Source: Chiloscyllium plagiosum (taxonomy: Eukaryota). From it: a stretch of 42,797 nucleotides of DNA. A program made the translations under genes and the position numbers. How positions within the stretch are numbered: the stretch's first letter is position 1; each line of letters opens with the position of its first letter. Location of the stretch: the NCBI RefSeq assembly GCF_004010195.1, contig NC_057718.1, positions 20,923,664 through 20,966,460 on the forward strand, given 5' to 3'. The notes beneath the pieces were generated by a model, which did not search any database, was not told where the DNA came from, and saw nothing but the letters and a program-made list of their open reading frames with translations. This document shows positions 22,709 to 35,918 of this stretch, piece after piece.

Positions 22709-23404
22709 GTAAGATATCAATTATTTCTTAATTTTACAACTTGTCAAACCTAAATCCCAAAGTGTGAATTTTCTTATGAATATTTCTGTCTTGTCTCCAA
22801 TGCTTTTAAACATTGTGATAGCATATAGCAATTATGGTTCTCTTTTAGAATTTTCTTTAATTCATCCAAAGCCTTCACTGTTATGACTTCACAGTGTTTG
22901 ATGATTATGAAAGTATATGCAAAACTCCTACATCAAATATTGTACTATTTGAAGAAAGAGTGAGGAAATATATTTGACAGTTTAATTTCAACATTATCAG
23001 AGATATGTGCTCATTGTTTTCATCACACTGTCAATTTCTATAAATTTAGCTAAGCAAAACTGACTTTTCAGTATTTTAGTTAAATGCAATTTTTCTGATT
23101 TCAAGGATGCACATTTGAGACTTGGCACTTTCCTTCCTTCCTCCTATGAGGCTTGAGGAATTTATAAATGTTGAAAAGTTCACTAATGGCAAATCCCTTG
23201 CCTATCTAAGATAAGTGAAAGTTAGTGACATGGTGGAAATCTGTCACTACCCTTCTGTTACTTTTTTTAAAAAATACCTATAGAAAATGTTGACCACAAC
23301 CAAATTCAAAGCCACTTAGAGGGTGGAAATTGTGTGGCAAATAACTCACCTCTGATTCCCCCTCTCAAGCCATCATCTACATGGTACAGTTTAACAAAAC
23401 TAAT

Positions 23405-23645
23405 TGTTGGGATAGAAGAATTGTCCAGTGAAGAAAGATTAAATTAACTGGATCTATATTTTTTTGGAGTTTTAAAAAATGAGGTAATCTCATTCAAATA
23501 CACAAAATCCTGTTGAGATTGACAGTGCAGAGAGAGGAGAATGTTTCCACTGACTTAGTGGTCTAGAATCAAGGCATTCTGCCTCAGAATGAGGGGTAAA
23601 CGTTTTAGGATCGAGACAAGGAGAATTCTTTTTCACTCAATGAGT
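23405..23645 (+). mobile_element. Old CR1 fragment
   Basis: Decayed EERL..L.LYSLEF.KMR-type segment. Confidence 0.55.
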
Positions 23646-24181
23646 CATAGTTCTTGACAGGATGATACCACATGATCAGCAGTGATGAGGACTCTGGGTA
23701 GCAGAATACTACACTAAGGATGTGTACATAACTTGCAGATAGACAGAAACAAAAGTGTTTTTCTGTTAAGTAAATCTATTTGCAATTTTCAAATAAATTG
23801 AACAGACACCTTTTATCATTCCAGAATGAGAATGGTAGTTCTGTGTTAAGGAGCACAATACATGGATACAACATTTACCACTGCAGAGTTTTTCAAAGTT
23901 GTTTCCAGACCCTAGTGAAATCTTACGAATTTTTTATTTTTAATGTGACACTCCAATTTTCCACAGGGAATAGGTAAGATAATAAATATTTAAATATTGT
24001 TAAATAAATAAAGGAAGGGACAAAATTATGGTGAGGCATTTAATAAATACACAATCTTGGTTTTATATTGTGATATTTCCTTTTTATATAAGGAGATTAT
24101 TTTTTATTGTCATTTACTTCAAATACACTTCTTATAAAAAAAACTTTAATTTTAACAATTAACCTGTATTTATACAATTAG

Positions 24182-24395
24182 GTTTTCAGCCAACTCAATT
24201 CTATGTTGAAGGAATCTGAAATTTCAGTGCATTTGGTTGAGGTGAGCCCAAAGCTTGGTGAAGTTCAAGCGCAGCTTCTGACTGAAGGAGAGCAGCATTT
24301 AAGACATGATCCAAATGGTGCAATTTATAAAACAGGTACAACCAAAACAGGGCTTCCAATCTCCTGGTACAAGGATCTACAGGATGTACCCAGAG
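24182..24395 (+). CDS. NDUFAF7: NDUFAF7 coding exon 5
   Basis: tag acceptor, VFSQLNSMLKESEISVHLVEVSPKL...GLPISWYKDLQDVPR, G|GTGAGA donor. 214 nt. Confidence 0.96.
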
Positions 24396-24941
24396 GTGAG
24401 ACCACTCAACAATTAAGTAAAATGTAAAAGAAGAAAAACTAAGAAAATAACTTGTAACATAATGAAATAAAATAGAAAAATTTAAATGTGGGGGACATAC
24501 TTTACCTAAGTGTGACAGAAGAAAATGTGATACCTGGGACATACCATAAACATCATCTTTGCAGAGGGACATCTTAAATAGATGAAGTTGATTAAATATG
24601 TTGTAATTTATAAATTATTCTGAAATCTGCCTACTTAATTTATTTGCGTGAATTTGGTTATGGTTTTTATTTACTATTATTAGATTCAAAATATTGCATC
24701 AATGCTGCAGTTCAGTACTATCTCTGCACTTATTTCCTGAAAATTAGATGCTCAGGTTGTTTCAAAATCATTCTACTCTATACTAACCATATACAGTTGA
24801 CTACTTGCCTATAGTTTCCCATTCTTAACACTGTAAAAGTTTCATCAGAATTGCGTTCACACCTTTTAAACCCGATCTGTTATCGGCTGGATGGATGAGT
24901 CTAATTATCTGTTTATTTGTAATTCAGAAAGGTTAGAGGGA

Positions 24942-25263
24942 AAGAACATCCTTTTCCTATAGTTGCTTGACACATTAACAATCTAGATGAAGGAACTGAG
25001 GGCATTCTGGCTAGGTTTGCAAAGACAGGTAGAGGAACAGGTAGCATTGAGGAGGCAGGGAGGCTGTAGAAGGATTCGGACAGGTTACGAGAGCGAGCAA
25101 AGAAGAACATCCTTTTCCTATAGTTGCTTGACACATTAACAATCTAGATGAAGGAACTGAGGGCATTCTGGCTAGGTTTGCAAAGACAGGTAGAGGAATA
25201 GGTAGCATTGAGGAGGCAGGGAGGCTGCAGAAGGATTTGGACAGGTTACGAGAGCGAGCAAAG
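24942..25263. repeat. 161-bp tandem duplication
   Basis: Units 24942-25102 and 25103-25263 differ at 3 positions. Confidence 0.95.
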
Positions 25264-26090
25264 AAGTGGCAGACTGGGTACAATGTGGGAAAACGTGTGG
25301 TCGTGCACTTTTGAGGAAGAATAGAGGCATGGACTGTTTTCTAAATGGGGAGAAAATTCAGAAGTCTGAAGTCAAAGAGAACTTGGGAATTCTAGTCCAG
25401 GATTGACTCAAGGTAAACTTGCAGGTTGAGTCAGTAGTTAGGAAGGTAAATGCAATGATGACATTTATTTTGAGAGGACTTGAATGTAAGAGCAGGGATA
25501 TACTTCCAAGGCTCTATAACACTCTGGTCAGGCCACATTTAGAGTATTGTGCCCAATTTTGGGCCCCAAAACTCAGGAAGGATGTACTGACCCTGGGGCG
25601 TGTTCAGAGGAGGGTCACAAGAGTAGTCCCAAGAATGAAAAGCTTAACATTTGAGGAGTGTTTGAGGACTCCGGGTTTATACTGGATGTAATTTCGAAAG
25701 ATGAGAGGGTATCTAATTGAATGATACAGAATACTGAATGGCCTGGACAGAGTAGATGTAGGGAAGATGTTTCCATTGGTAGGAGAGACCATGGACCATA
25801 GACCCGAGAGCATAGCCTTAGAGTAAAGGGAAGACCTTTTCAGAATGGAGATAAGGAGAAATGTCTTCAGCCAGAGAGTGGTAAATCTGTGGAATTCATT
25901 GCCACAGAAGGCTGTGGAGGCCAGGTCATTGAGTACATTTAAGACTGAGACGGATATGTTTTGAGGATCAAGGGTTATGGGGAGAAAGTGGGAAATGGGG
26001 TTGAGGAACTTCTCAGCCATGACTGAATGGTGGAGCATACTTGATGGACTGAATGGCCTAATTTCTGTTCCTATGTCTTATGGTTTTATG
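24970..26090 (+). mobile_element. 5'-truncated CR1 LINE with 3' tail
   Basis: LYNTLVRPHLEYCAQFWAP. Ends cctatgtcttatggttttatg. Confidence 0.9.
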
Positions 26091-26192
26091 GAAAGATTGC
26101 TATTAATTGTAAAATATTGTTGGAATCAAGAAATGGTTTTTCTGCCTTATTAACATATAAATGTGATCCATCTGTGGTCCATTCTTTTTCAG

Positions 26193-26251
26193 GATTCAGC
26201 TTTTATATTGCACATGAGTTTTTTGATGTACTTCCAATACACAAGTTCCAG
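26193..26251 (+). CDS. NDUFAF7: NDUFAF7 coding exon 6
   Basis: tttttcag acceptor, (G)FSFYIAHEFFDVLPIHKFQ, GTAATA donor. 59 nt. Confidence 0.96.
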
Positions 26252-27089
26252 GTAATATATCAAATTTGGCAAGCTACTAACAATACTGATCTGTATCTCT
26301 TTCCCACCTTTATTTCCTAATTTCATTTCGTTAATCTTACATAGCCTACTTCACCCAAGAGGTGTAAGTGAATCATTTAGGATAATATATTTGATAGAAA
26401 TTTTCCATTGACCCTCATTGTTTCAAAGCAACTGAAAAATTTTCATTTTAACCATATTAACATTTGTTATTGTGAAACTCAAATATGTTTGTTACGCTTG
26501 TTTTTTTAAAACTGAAGTCCACTACATACTTAGAATCCAGCAGTTACAGCATTTGCATCAAGCATGTTTGTTTAAATAAATTAACTTGCATATGAAACAT
26601 GATTTTGGTCTTGACATCAGCTGGTATTGTGCCGTTATAAAGGAAGCTTGCTAAAATAGCAGCCTGTCTACAGTTTCGCTTACCACTAAAATCTTGTACT
26701 TGTGTTACTCTGGCCTGAAATCTTCTGCAGAAAATGGCAGTGGACGTACAGAATTGCAATACACATCCCTTGACTCAACCTATTTTTGCATTGGGCAGAA
26801 TTGAGGTGTTTTCTGATTTGCACGTCTCTGGTTCATGGAGACAGAGCACACATACCTCAGTCAGATCTCATTTGCGCTCGTGGGATAACCAAAATGCAGC
26901 TTTAGATCTGGCAGAAGGTCACAGACTGACATAGCTCTTTGGAATGTTGGGATATGCTTTTGGAGAGGTAAAGTACCCTATCAATATGGAACCTGTGGTA
27001 GAGGAAAGGTGCCTTTGAGATTGTTAGAAGTGGACATGCCTGTGTTCCAAGTAGTATAGGAACTCTTTGGAAGTGTCAAGAAAGCTAGC

Positions 27090-27545
27090 AAGAGAACATA
27101 GGAACAACAGTAGTCCATTCAGGCCAACGAGCCTGCTCTGCCATCCTAGGAAATGTTTGATCACCTCCTGAATGCTGTTCTCACAAAGACTAGGTCTCAT
27201 CAAGCTGCTATACAAGTGCAGCAAGTTATCTTTGCTTCTGCACTTCAGTCCTCTTGAAATGAATGTGAACATACCATTTGCCTTTCTAATTGCTAGCTGC
27301 ACTTTTGTGCTTTTTTTTTAATTTGGGGAGAAGAACTCCTAGATCTCTTGGGTTACTTGCATTTGCCAACCGTTTAAGAAATATTCTATTTTTTTCTACT
27401 AAAGCAAATAACTTCATATTTATTTATTTTTGATCCTGCTGCCATGTTTCAGTTCATTTATTTAGACTGCCCAAATCCCATAAAGCCTTGCACACTGTTC
27501 AGAAATTACATTCTCACCCCGTTTGGTGTCATCAGGAAATATGCA
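27090..27545 (-). mobile_element. Old deleted CR1 fragment
   Basis: QLAIRKANGMFTFISRGL on the minus strand, tail agaacataggaac. Confidence 0.65.
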
Positions 27546-28053
27546 AACATTGCAGTTAATTTTATTTCAACCCACCACACATGATAAAACACAGCCACCT
27601 TCAGGATGACCTTGTTTTTACATACATTTGAATAATCTTTTTTTGGAGTGAACTGAATTAAAGCAAAGTTTACAAAATAAAAGGAACTAAACAAAAAAAA
27701 AAACCAAAACAGCCTGCAGGCTGTGTGTTTGAATACTCCTTTTGCAAAACTATTTGCAGGGAAATTGAATGCAGAACAGCAATATTGCCACCATTTGAGA
27801 AACGTGTTTCTTGCATCAACCAATGGAAACTGCTGAGGGTGAATAGTGAAAATCTTGCCCCTGAACAGTCTCAAACCACTATTTTTTTTATTTAAAAAAG
27901 ACTGCTTTTGTTACATATTGTGCCTTTTTCTTAAATAAGGTAAACTCTGGCAAAATTGATCAGTTAATTTACCAAGCGTGCAATAAAATATGAACTGTAC
28001 ATGTTTCAACCTGAGCCATGATTTTCAAATTCATAACTGCTCACCACTTGCAG

Positions 28054-28167
28054 AAAACGAAGCTTGGATGGCGTGAGGTATTGATAGACATTGAACCAAA
28101 TTCACCTGAAAAACTTCGGTTTGTTCTAGCACCTCATGCTACTTTGGCTTCCAAAGCATTAATTCAG
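28054..28167 (+). CDS. NDUFAF7: NDUFAF7 coding exon 7
   Basis: ttgcag acceptor, KTKLGWREVLIDIEPNSPEKLRFVLAPHATLASKALIQ, GTGAGA donor. Confidence 0.96.
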
Positions 28168-28989
28168 GTGAGATTTTTTTTAAAAAAATTGCACCTGTAT
28201 TTGTAGAGTTTGTTCACTTTTTAACTATCCAAGTCAATGAATTCCTTCAAAGCCCTCCTGCATAAAGAAGATTTGAGCCAAATGTACAATAAGGTTAGAG
28301 CAGAAAAGTGGGAAAATCCTAGTAGGAATTCATGGTGAAAACATCCACTTTAAAAACAGTTGAAATAAATAGCTCCTGTACAGTATTTATCACATTTGCT
28401 GTACAAAGAAGTTTAAAAAAAGGACAGGATAGAAAGCTCAGTAATCTTTCTCTTGGGTTAGCTTGTTTTTCATATTGTACTGTGACGCATCAAAGTAATG
28501 GGCAAATATACCATGCCACAAAGGATGGTGATCAACGGTTCTCCGTACAATTCTATATTATGTCTTTCAGATTTGGATTAATCATATGGTTAAGCAGCTC
28601 TAACTGCAAAACCTCTGGTGAGAATGAACTTGAATTGCTTCTGGAGACGTGTGGAGGTCCTTAAAATGGATGACTGTGAAATTAGAAGTGTGTGTAAATA
28701 ATTGAACAACTCGAGAGCTGCAATAAGAATATTGACTATTGTGGAATCTTGTATTCCTTTATATAAGTTCTGTGATTGCTCTAATCCATTAGCAGTGGGT
28801 TGTATAACTTCTGATATGTATATTAAAAGTTAGGTTTGATTAGAGCTTTCCTATTTTGGGTATAAAAGCAGAAAGTTTTAGATAAACTTAGCAGGTTTGG
28901 GAGCATCTCTAGAGAGAGAAATGGGCATTTGCTTTTGATGTTTCGTGAATTCAGTGTACAAATTCACCAGTTTTACCAAAATATCTGGA

Positions 28990-29372
28990 AGGCAGTGACC
29001 TAGTGGTCTTACCACAAGATTATTAATCCAAAAACTCAGCTAATGTTGTGGGATCTTGGTTTGAATTACACCATGTCGTTTTGGTGGAATTTGAATTCAA
29101 TAATAAATGTCTGGAATTAAGAATCTACTGATGACCATGAAACTGCTGCCAGTTGTCAGAAAAGCCCATCTGGTTCACTACTGTCCTTCGGGGAAGGAAA
29201 TTGGCCATCCTCAACTGGCCTGGGTTAAATGTGTCTCCAGACCCACAGCAATGTGGCTGACTCTCAACAGCCCTCTGAAATGGCCGAGTATCCATTCAGT
29301 TCAAGGGCAAGAGGAATGGGCATTAAATTCTGGCGAGCCAGTGATGCCCATGTCCCATGTGTGAATAAAAAA
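28990..29372 (+). mobile_element. tRNA-derived SINE with L2-type tail
   Basis: A-box tgacctagtggt, B-box ggtttgaattac. Shares ctccagacccacag and tail with 17167-17525. Confidence 0.7.
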
Positions 29373-29563
29373 TGTGAGGGAAAAGGTTGCCTAAATAAAT
29401 CAGGCAGTAGGCATCATTATATTATTGGTGACTGTTCAGAACTGATTAAATACCCGTTTTTCTCTATATTTTTAAAATTTATTTTGGAAGCTGAAATATG
29501 CCAGTTCTACTCAGTGATTCTTCTTTGCCTGTAGTAGAAATCTTTAATTTTCTTTCCAAATAG

Positions 29564-29707
29564 AGCGATGATGAAAGAGACCATATAGAGATATGCCCTG
29601 AGGCTGGTATCATTGTTCAGAATCTAGCCAGCAGGATCACTGAAGATGGGGGAGCAGCGCTGATTGCTGACTATGGCCATAATGGAACAAAAACTGACAC
29701 ATTTAGA
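29564..29707 (+). CDS. NDUFAF7: NDUFAF7 coding exon 8
   Basis: tag acceptor, SDDERDHIEICPEAGIIVQNLASRITEDGGAALIADYGHNGTKTDTFR, GTAAGT donor. Confidence 0.96.
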
Positions 29708-31369
29708 GTAAGTTCAATTAAACATATTCTTAACAAACCTTTAGTGTTCATAGATCTCTGATCAAACTACTGAAGCCCAGACATCTGCCACAGAGCTGCA
29801 ATTCATTTTCTTTACAGGTTTGTATCCTATCATTATTAAACGTGGATTTTTGTACTGTGTTTCATACTTTGTGTTCTGTAGAATTTAAATAAAAGTTGAA
29901 TCACCAGCTGTTAAGTTTACATGAGACTCCTTACTGCACTGTGGAAAACTGAGTTAGATATTATAATAGCACATCTTAACTCTACAACTCGCATACATCA
30001 AACTATGCTCCTCAGTAGCAATCTTAACAGGTGCATGGTTTGTTTGGGTGGTAGTTACTGTTTTTCAGCTGTGTCCCTATGACCTTAGCTAGTCATAGAG
30101 AGGTTAACATTGACACCAGCGTGAATAAACACAAAACAGTACAGTAGAAGTTATTGATGTGATCTGAAAGCTCTTTTTAAAAAATTTTTCATCCGGGTAT
30201 TAACTTGACCCATCCAGTAAATAAATGGTTTTCAAAATACAATACTCCCTTTGGCTAACTATGTTTTCAATAGACATTTCATAAATGAAACGTTTTCATA
30301 GCGATAGCTTTTTTGAATTTTTATTTAGAGAAACTTGACGTATTTTTGCTGCCAAACTATTCCCCACTATCATTGAAAGGACCGTTATAATGTATTGATC
30401 TCCAAAAGGAACTGGTCTTTATTATTTCCACAATTATTTCAAAATTTGCATTTTAATTAAACCCGCTATGGTTGAAAGGTGATGAACGTTTTTAAGTCTT
30501 CCAGGTTTATGTAGTAGAAAATAGTCACAGTCAGAGTCTAAAGGGTTTTTTTTGGCATTTAGCTATTTCAACTTGGTGAATCACAAATATTAATTTCAAG
30601 ATCTCCTTTTGAAATTTCATGTTGACCTTTTGAGTATGTACTGGCAATATCAGTGCAATGTGACATCACTGTTTCTATACCATTGCTAATCTAATGCCAT
30701 CTTACATTTGAAAGTGTCAGGGTAAATGGATTTGTTGAGATGAAGGAAGTACAGAATCATATTAAGTCAATGAAGTATTGATTTGCTGTAGTCCATCTCA
30801 GCTGTACAATAAGCTGAAGCACATTGCTGAGTTATATTTCCACAGAAGTCTCAGCTAAACAAAAAGATATCAATTTATAGAATACTGCCAATTTATAGAA
30901 TACTACCACCCCATTTTCTTGCTCATTTTCTTTTATTGTTTAAGTCAGTTGTTTTTAAGAGAGGACATTCTTTTCAGCATAATTTAAGTGTTAAGTTAGC
31001 AGGGTTGACATTCAGGTGTTTTCCAGGTGGTGAAAGGATGTCAGGTTGAAGCCAAATGTGGCTTACATCTCATTGGCACATCTTTCAAATCCATTCATGT
31101 GACTTCCTTTACGAAAATAACTCCGGCCTAATTAATTGAATACCATCAAAAACATTTTTCATAGAGTGCATATTGTCTTTTTATTTTATGAATAGTAAAT
31201 GACTCTGAATAAACTATTTCTCATTTGGTTGCTTCTACAGATGGTCACTCAAGTACAGACAGATAAAAATCCATGATTTAGTCTCCACTTAGGAGATAAC
31301 CTCAGATAATATTGATATTTTTCTGCCACTATGATTTGTTTTTATGCTTAATAACCATTATTTGTAAAG

Positions 31370-31543
31370 GGTTTTCGTGGACATAAGCAGCATGATGTGC
31401 TCACAGCACCTGGAACTGCAGACCTGACTGCAGATGTCGATTTCAGCTACCTTCGGCAAATGACAAAGGGTAAAGTGTCCTCCCTAGGACCAATTCCCCA
31501 GCATGAGTTTTTGAAGAATATGGGCATTGATGTGAGACTTCAG
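31370..31543 (+). CDS. NDUFAF7: NDUFAF7 coding exon 9
   Basis: aag acceptor, GFRGHKQHDVLTAPGTADLTADVDFSYLRQ...QHEFLKNMGIDVRLQ, GTATGA donor. Confidence 0.96.
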
Positions 31544-32476
31544 GTATGATGTTACCAGCACCAATGTATATAATCTTCTGTTTTTCTGTCTTCATATTAG
31601 TCTGTTTTTGTCTTCGTTCCAGTGTAAATCCCAAACCACATGATCTTCTCCTGAGCGGTCATTGGCAATTTCCTCAGGAGTTGAATTTTCAAACTGAGGC
31701 CCTGGACTCCAAGAGTCCTCATAATGCAGTTTTGTTTTGGTACTTGTTGACTTACTAGAACAAAACTGTGTTGCTTTAAATACAAAACAAGTTTTCTGCA
31801 ACAAGAGCACTGATTTAGTTGGAGTGATAAAGAGCCGTAACAGATGTTTTCAAGTGATTTGAACAAGAGACCAGTTCCCAATATGTACTGCATAATTAGT
31901 GCTAATCATATCTTTTCCTCACCTTGTGCTGTATAAGTTAGTCTTAGTTTCATAAATCTGAATGAATACTGCTGTCAAAAATGAATATATTTTGCAGTAA
32001 ATTAGGAACGAAATGCTTCACCATTGGCATTTCCATATTAAGAAGTGAACACTTGTTGTTCTAATTCTTCAGTTTTTCCTCTTTTCTGAAGTTTCTGGAT
32101 CATCTCAATTGATGCAGTTTCACTCTTCCCTCATCAGAGTTGCTATTTCTCAGCAGTGGGGTTTAGGTAATGACGGATAACAAGGTAATGGAGAGAGATA
32201 GGTTATGGCAGCCTTACAAGCCTTAACATCAGCCAACATGCATCTAAGTAAATTTTCTAGCAGGTGTATTTTCAGGATCAAGAACCTCAGTGATATTCTC
32301 TAATGTGGAGAGATAGCAGTGGACTTGAACAAATGTCACTGCTCAGCTTATTCAGCACAAAAATTCATCCAACTTGGAACTATGTTTTGTACAGCTCTGT
32401 TATATTCAGTGAGCTGGTTACCTCTGCATTGCATTTCTACTTCTACTTCTAGACAGCACATTGCAAAACAATCCTT

Positions 32477-32805
32477 TAGAGTCATAGAGATGTACAGCAG
32501 GGAAACAGACCATTCAGTCCAACCTGTCCATGCTGACCAGATATCCCAACCCAATCTAGTCCCACCTGCCAGCACCCGGCCCATATCCCTCCAAACCCTT
32601 CTTATTCATATACCCATCCAAATGCCTCTTAAATGTTGCAATTGTACCAGCCTCCACCACATCCTCTGGCAGCTCATTCCATACACGTACCACCCTTTGC
32701 ATGAAAAAGTTGCCGCTTAGGTCTCTTTTATATCTTTCCCCTCTCACCCTAAACCTATGCCCTCAAGTTCTGGATTCCCTGACCCCAGGGAAAAGACTTT
32801 GCCTA
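32477..32805 (-). mobile_element. CR1 LINE 3' end
   Basis: RGERYKRDLSGNFFMQRVVRVWNELP ORF2 C-terminus plus tail tagagtcatagag. Confidence 0.88.
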
Positions 32806-32999
32806 AAATTCATAGCAAAGTCAGCAATTTCTAAGCTTTTCTTTTATTTAAATTGACAAGTTACAGTAGAGAGCACAAATGTTTGCTTGTCTACTTTCTC
32901 TGTTCATTTGCTGACCTCGAGGTAGGTGCTCTTCATGACTGCATTGTGAGGAAACATGGTTAGAGAAAAAGTACCTGGTTTTCATGTTCTTTTTGTTAC

Positions 33000-33685
33000 A
33001 CAGAGTTATACAGCATGGAAACACCCCCTTCAGTCCAACTTGCCCACACCAACCAGATATCCTAAACTGATCTAGTCCTATTTGCCAGCATTTGCCGATA
33101 TCCCTTCCTATTTATGTCCCCATCCAGATGATTTTCTAAATGTTGTAATTGTACCCACCTCAACCATCTCCCTCTGGCAGCTCATTCCATAAGTACACCA
33201 CCCTCTGTATGAAAAGGTTGCTCCTCAGGTCCCTTTTAAATCTTGTCCCTCTCAGTTTAACCTAAGCCTTCTACTTTAGGGCTCTCCTACCCTGAGAAAA
33301 ATACTTTGTCTATTCACTCTATCCATGCCCCTCATGATTTTACAAACCTCTATAAGGTCACCCTTCAGCCTCCAATCCTCCAGGGAAAAATGGCCCAGAC
33401 TGTTCAGCCTCTCCCTATAGCTCAAACCCTCTAATCCCAGCAGCACCCTTTTAATCTATTCTGAACCCTTTCCAAGTTTAACAGCATCTTTCCTATAGCA
33501 GGAAGACCAGAATTGGAGGCCACTTTTAGAACACTGCCGTACCAATGTCCTGTGCATTTGAAACATGTCCCAACTCCTTTATTCAATGCACTGACCAATG
33601 AAGGCAAGCGTGCCAGATGCCATCTTCACCACCCTGTCCACCTGCAAATGCATTTTCAAGGAACTATGAACCTGCACCCCTAGGT
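33000..33685 (-). mobile_element. CR1 LINE 3' fragment
   Basis: Homologous to 32477-32805 and extends further 5'. Confidence 0.82.
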
Positions 33686-33961
33686 CACCAACCCAGTTTA
33701 ATATCATTGTCTCCTACCCCATTCCACATTTTGGCTCGTGCATTTATCACCCCCTGCTTTTGCTTCTTATCTTAGGCTTTGCTTCCCATCAGCTTTGTCT
33801 CCTTTGCCTTCACCATTGAAGCAGTTTCCTTTTCCAGGATAGAGAGCTCCAACTAGTGACTATGGTTAATCACTGCCAGAATTCTGCAGCTCCCTTCACT
33901 GACTAATGTCTACCACTATATGGGAGCATGATTAAGATGTGAGATTTGTCTTAAAATAGTG

Positions 33962-34078
33962 TAGATTCTGGAAATCAAGAAAAAAAAGAGTGCTGGAGAA
34001 ACTCAACACGTCTGGTAGCATCTGTGGACAGAAAAATAATGTTAACATTTATAGTCCAGTATGAGTACTTCAGAATAG
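33962..34078 (-). mobile_element. Old PLE pLTR fragment with decayed hammerhead
   Basis: gtgctggagaaactcaac..gtctggtagcatctg is homologous to 14889-14925. Minus strand reads TTCTGAAG...AAATGTTAAC. Confidence 0.6.
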
Positions 34079-35189
34079 TTCTAGCTCGGGTCTGGTAAAG
34101 TGGCAAGCATTCATGTGTGTCAAGTCTAGTACAATAAAAAGAGCTGATGTGATGCTGGCAACCAGTCAAATTTAATAATACAATAGTGCAATTCAATCTT
34201 TACTAAAACATCAGAAAACTATTTTGTTCTTAAAGGTTCATCTCTTCTGATGAACTGAGGCCAGACCTCAAGGTGTTTCTTGTAACGGTATTTACTAGCA
34301 GGAGTCTGAGTTGGATGGCTGGTTTGAAATGCAGAGTGAGTTCAATCCCTGAACTGTCTGGGATTACCATGAAGGATTCTGCTTCTCAAACTCTCCCCTC
34401 AGCTGAGGTATGGTGACTCTCTGGTTAAGCCACCACCAGTCATTTCTAACTAATTAGAGCAGCCATATGGTCTGATAGGACTTTTGAACACTTCATTTAC
34501 TAATTTAGACATGCTGATATGGCAGCAGTCTGCTTAGATCTACACTTCTCACAGGTCATCACAGGTTATCTCAGAGGTTCAATGACAGATTCATTAAAAC
34601 TCACCTCTAGATTTGGGTTTTTGGCTGATTTTACTATCATGGCATTCTATAGCCTCTAGAAATTAGGAAAGTGTTGCATCTCATCATTCCTGTCTATACT
34701 GAAGAAGTATGTCCACAAATGTAGCGGCTATGTTCACTCTAATTTACAACCAGCAAGTGAATAAGTAACCAGTTAGTTTGTTTAGGTAATTGAGAGCAGC
34801 ACTTTGGCTAGGAAACTTGAAGCAGTGCAGGAAGTTTTCAAGTGTTACAATTAGATGTATAACAGTAATTGTACAAGCAAATGGCCCTGGTTTGAATTTC
34901 TTACTCAAAGGATGTCACCTCCAGCAACATAGCATTCTTTCAATATTCCATGAAGTGTCAATCATGGTTATGATTGGAAAACCAGAAATGGGGCATTTTG
35001 ACTACATAATGATTTTATAACAAAGTAGCCCTTTTTGATTGACTAATATAGCCTGAGGGGATGAAAGGTACTATATCGATCAATTTTGTCCATCAATACT
35101 TCATAACTAGAAGTTTCCTATTATAGTCAGCTTTCTGCATACAAGAAAAAATAGTGAGTAGCATCAAAGCTGTGGGCAGGAACGTTCAA

Positions 35190-35400
35190 AAGTTAGGGTC
35201 ATATTTTTAAGGTGAGAGAAGATAGATTTTAAAAAGGACACAAGGGGAACTTTTATTACAGGGACAACACTTAAAAGACATTTGGATAAGTAAATGAATA
35301 GGAAAGGCTTGAGGGATGTGGGCCAAGTGCAGGCAGGTGGGACTAGTTTAGTTAGGGAACATGGTTAGCATGAAATGATTTGTTTCCATGCTGTAGACTC
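35190..35400 (+). mobile_element. Deleted CR1 3' end just upstream of the last NDUFAF7 exon
   Basis: Reverse-complement similarity to 32480-32760 (ttaaaagacatttggat...gcaggtgggactagttt). Confidence 0.75.
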
Positions 35401-35453
35401 TTGTTCTTGTAGTTATTTATAGTTAGTCAACAACCACTCTATTCTCCTTTCAG

Positions 35454-35663
35454 GTACTGCTCAGGAATACATCTGACCCAGCCACATGTACAGGTTTGAT
35501 TGATGCCTATGATATGATCATGAATCCTGAGAAAATGGGGAATCGATTCAAGTTTTTTGCCTTGTTACCTTGTGATAGATTAATTTCAAGCAACGATACA
35601 AGGAGCATAAAACATGGTCCAACAGCACCACCTGTTGCAGGATTCAGTGAACTGCAGTTGTAA
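35454..35663 (+). CDS. NDUFAF7: NDUFAF7 coding exon 10 (with TAA stop); spliced CDS 1356 nt = 451 aa arginine methyltransferase / complex I assembly factor
   Basis: tttcag acceptor, VLLRNTSDP...YDMIMNPEKMGNRFKFFALLP...PVAGFSELQL, stop. All ten exons join in frame. Confidence 0.96.
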   Translation, partial: VLLRNTSDPATCTGLIDAYDMIMNPEKMGNRFKFFALLPCDRLISSNDTRSIKHGPTAPPVAGFSELQL

Positions 35664-35912
35664 AGAAAGCCATAAGTCACACGCTGAAAAAACTTACAGT
35701 ATCAAGTTTAGGCTTGGTATCATTATTGTAACATCATTACTGAACTTGTACATATACCTTCAGAAAAGCACAACTTCACAACAAGAAAATGAAAGGGAAA
35801 TTAATTTATTTCATACTATGTAAATTCAAAACTCAAACTTCACATATTAAATTGTTTTCTAATAATGGTACTGTTCTTATTTTTTAGTATTAAAAATTGT
35901 GGCTATTGTTCA

Positions 35913-35918
35913 AATAAA
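35913..35918 (+). terminator. Candidate NDUFAF7 polyadenylation signal AATAAA
   Basis: First AATAAA about 250 nt after the stop, with ATTAAA at 35889 and a U-rich upstream region. Further AATAAA motifs occur downstream, so usage is unproven. Confidence 0.5.

Noticed and set aside
30871..30905. 18-bp tandem duplication caatttatagaatact
   Set aside because: Ordinary slippage duplication in an intron.
20065..31549. GTAT-starting donors as possible U12 introns
   Set aside because: GTATTG, GTATGT and GTATGA do not match the U12 consensus GTATCCTT.
34300..34500. Possible old SINE remnant
   Set aside because: Too decayed to assign family or boundaries without a library search.
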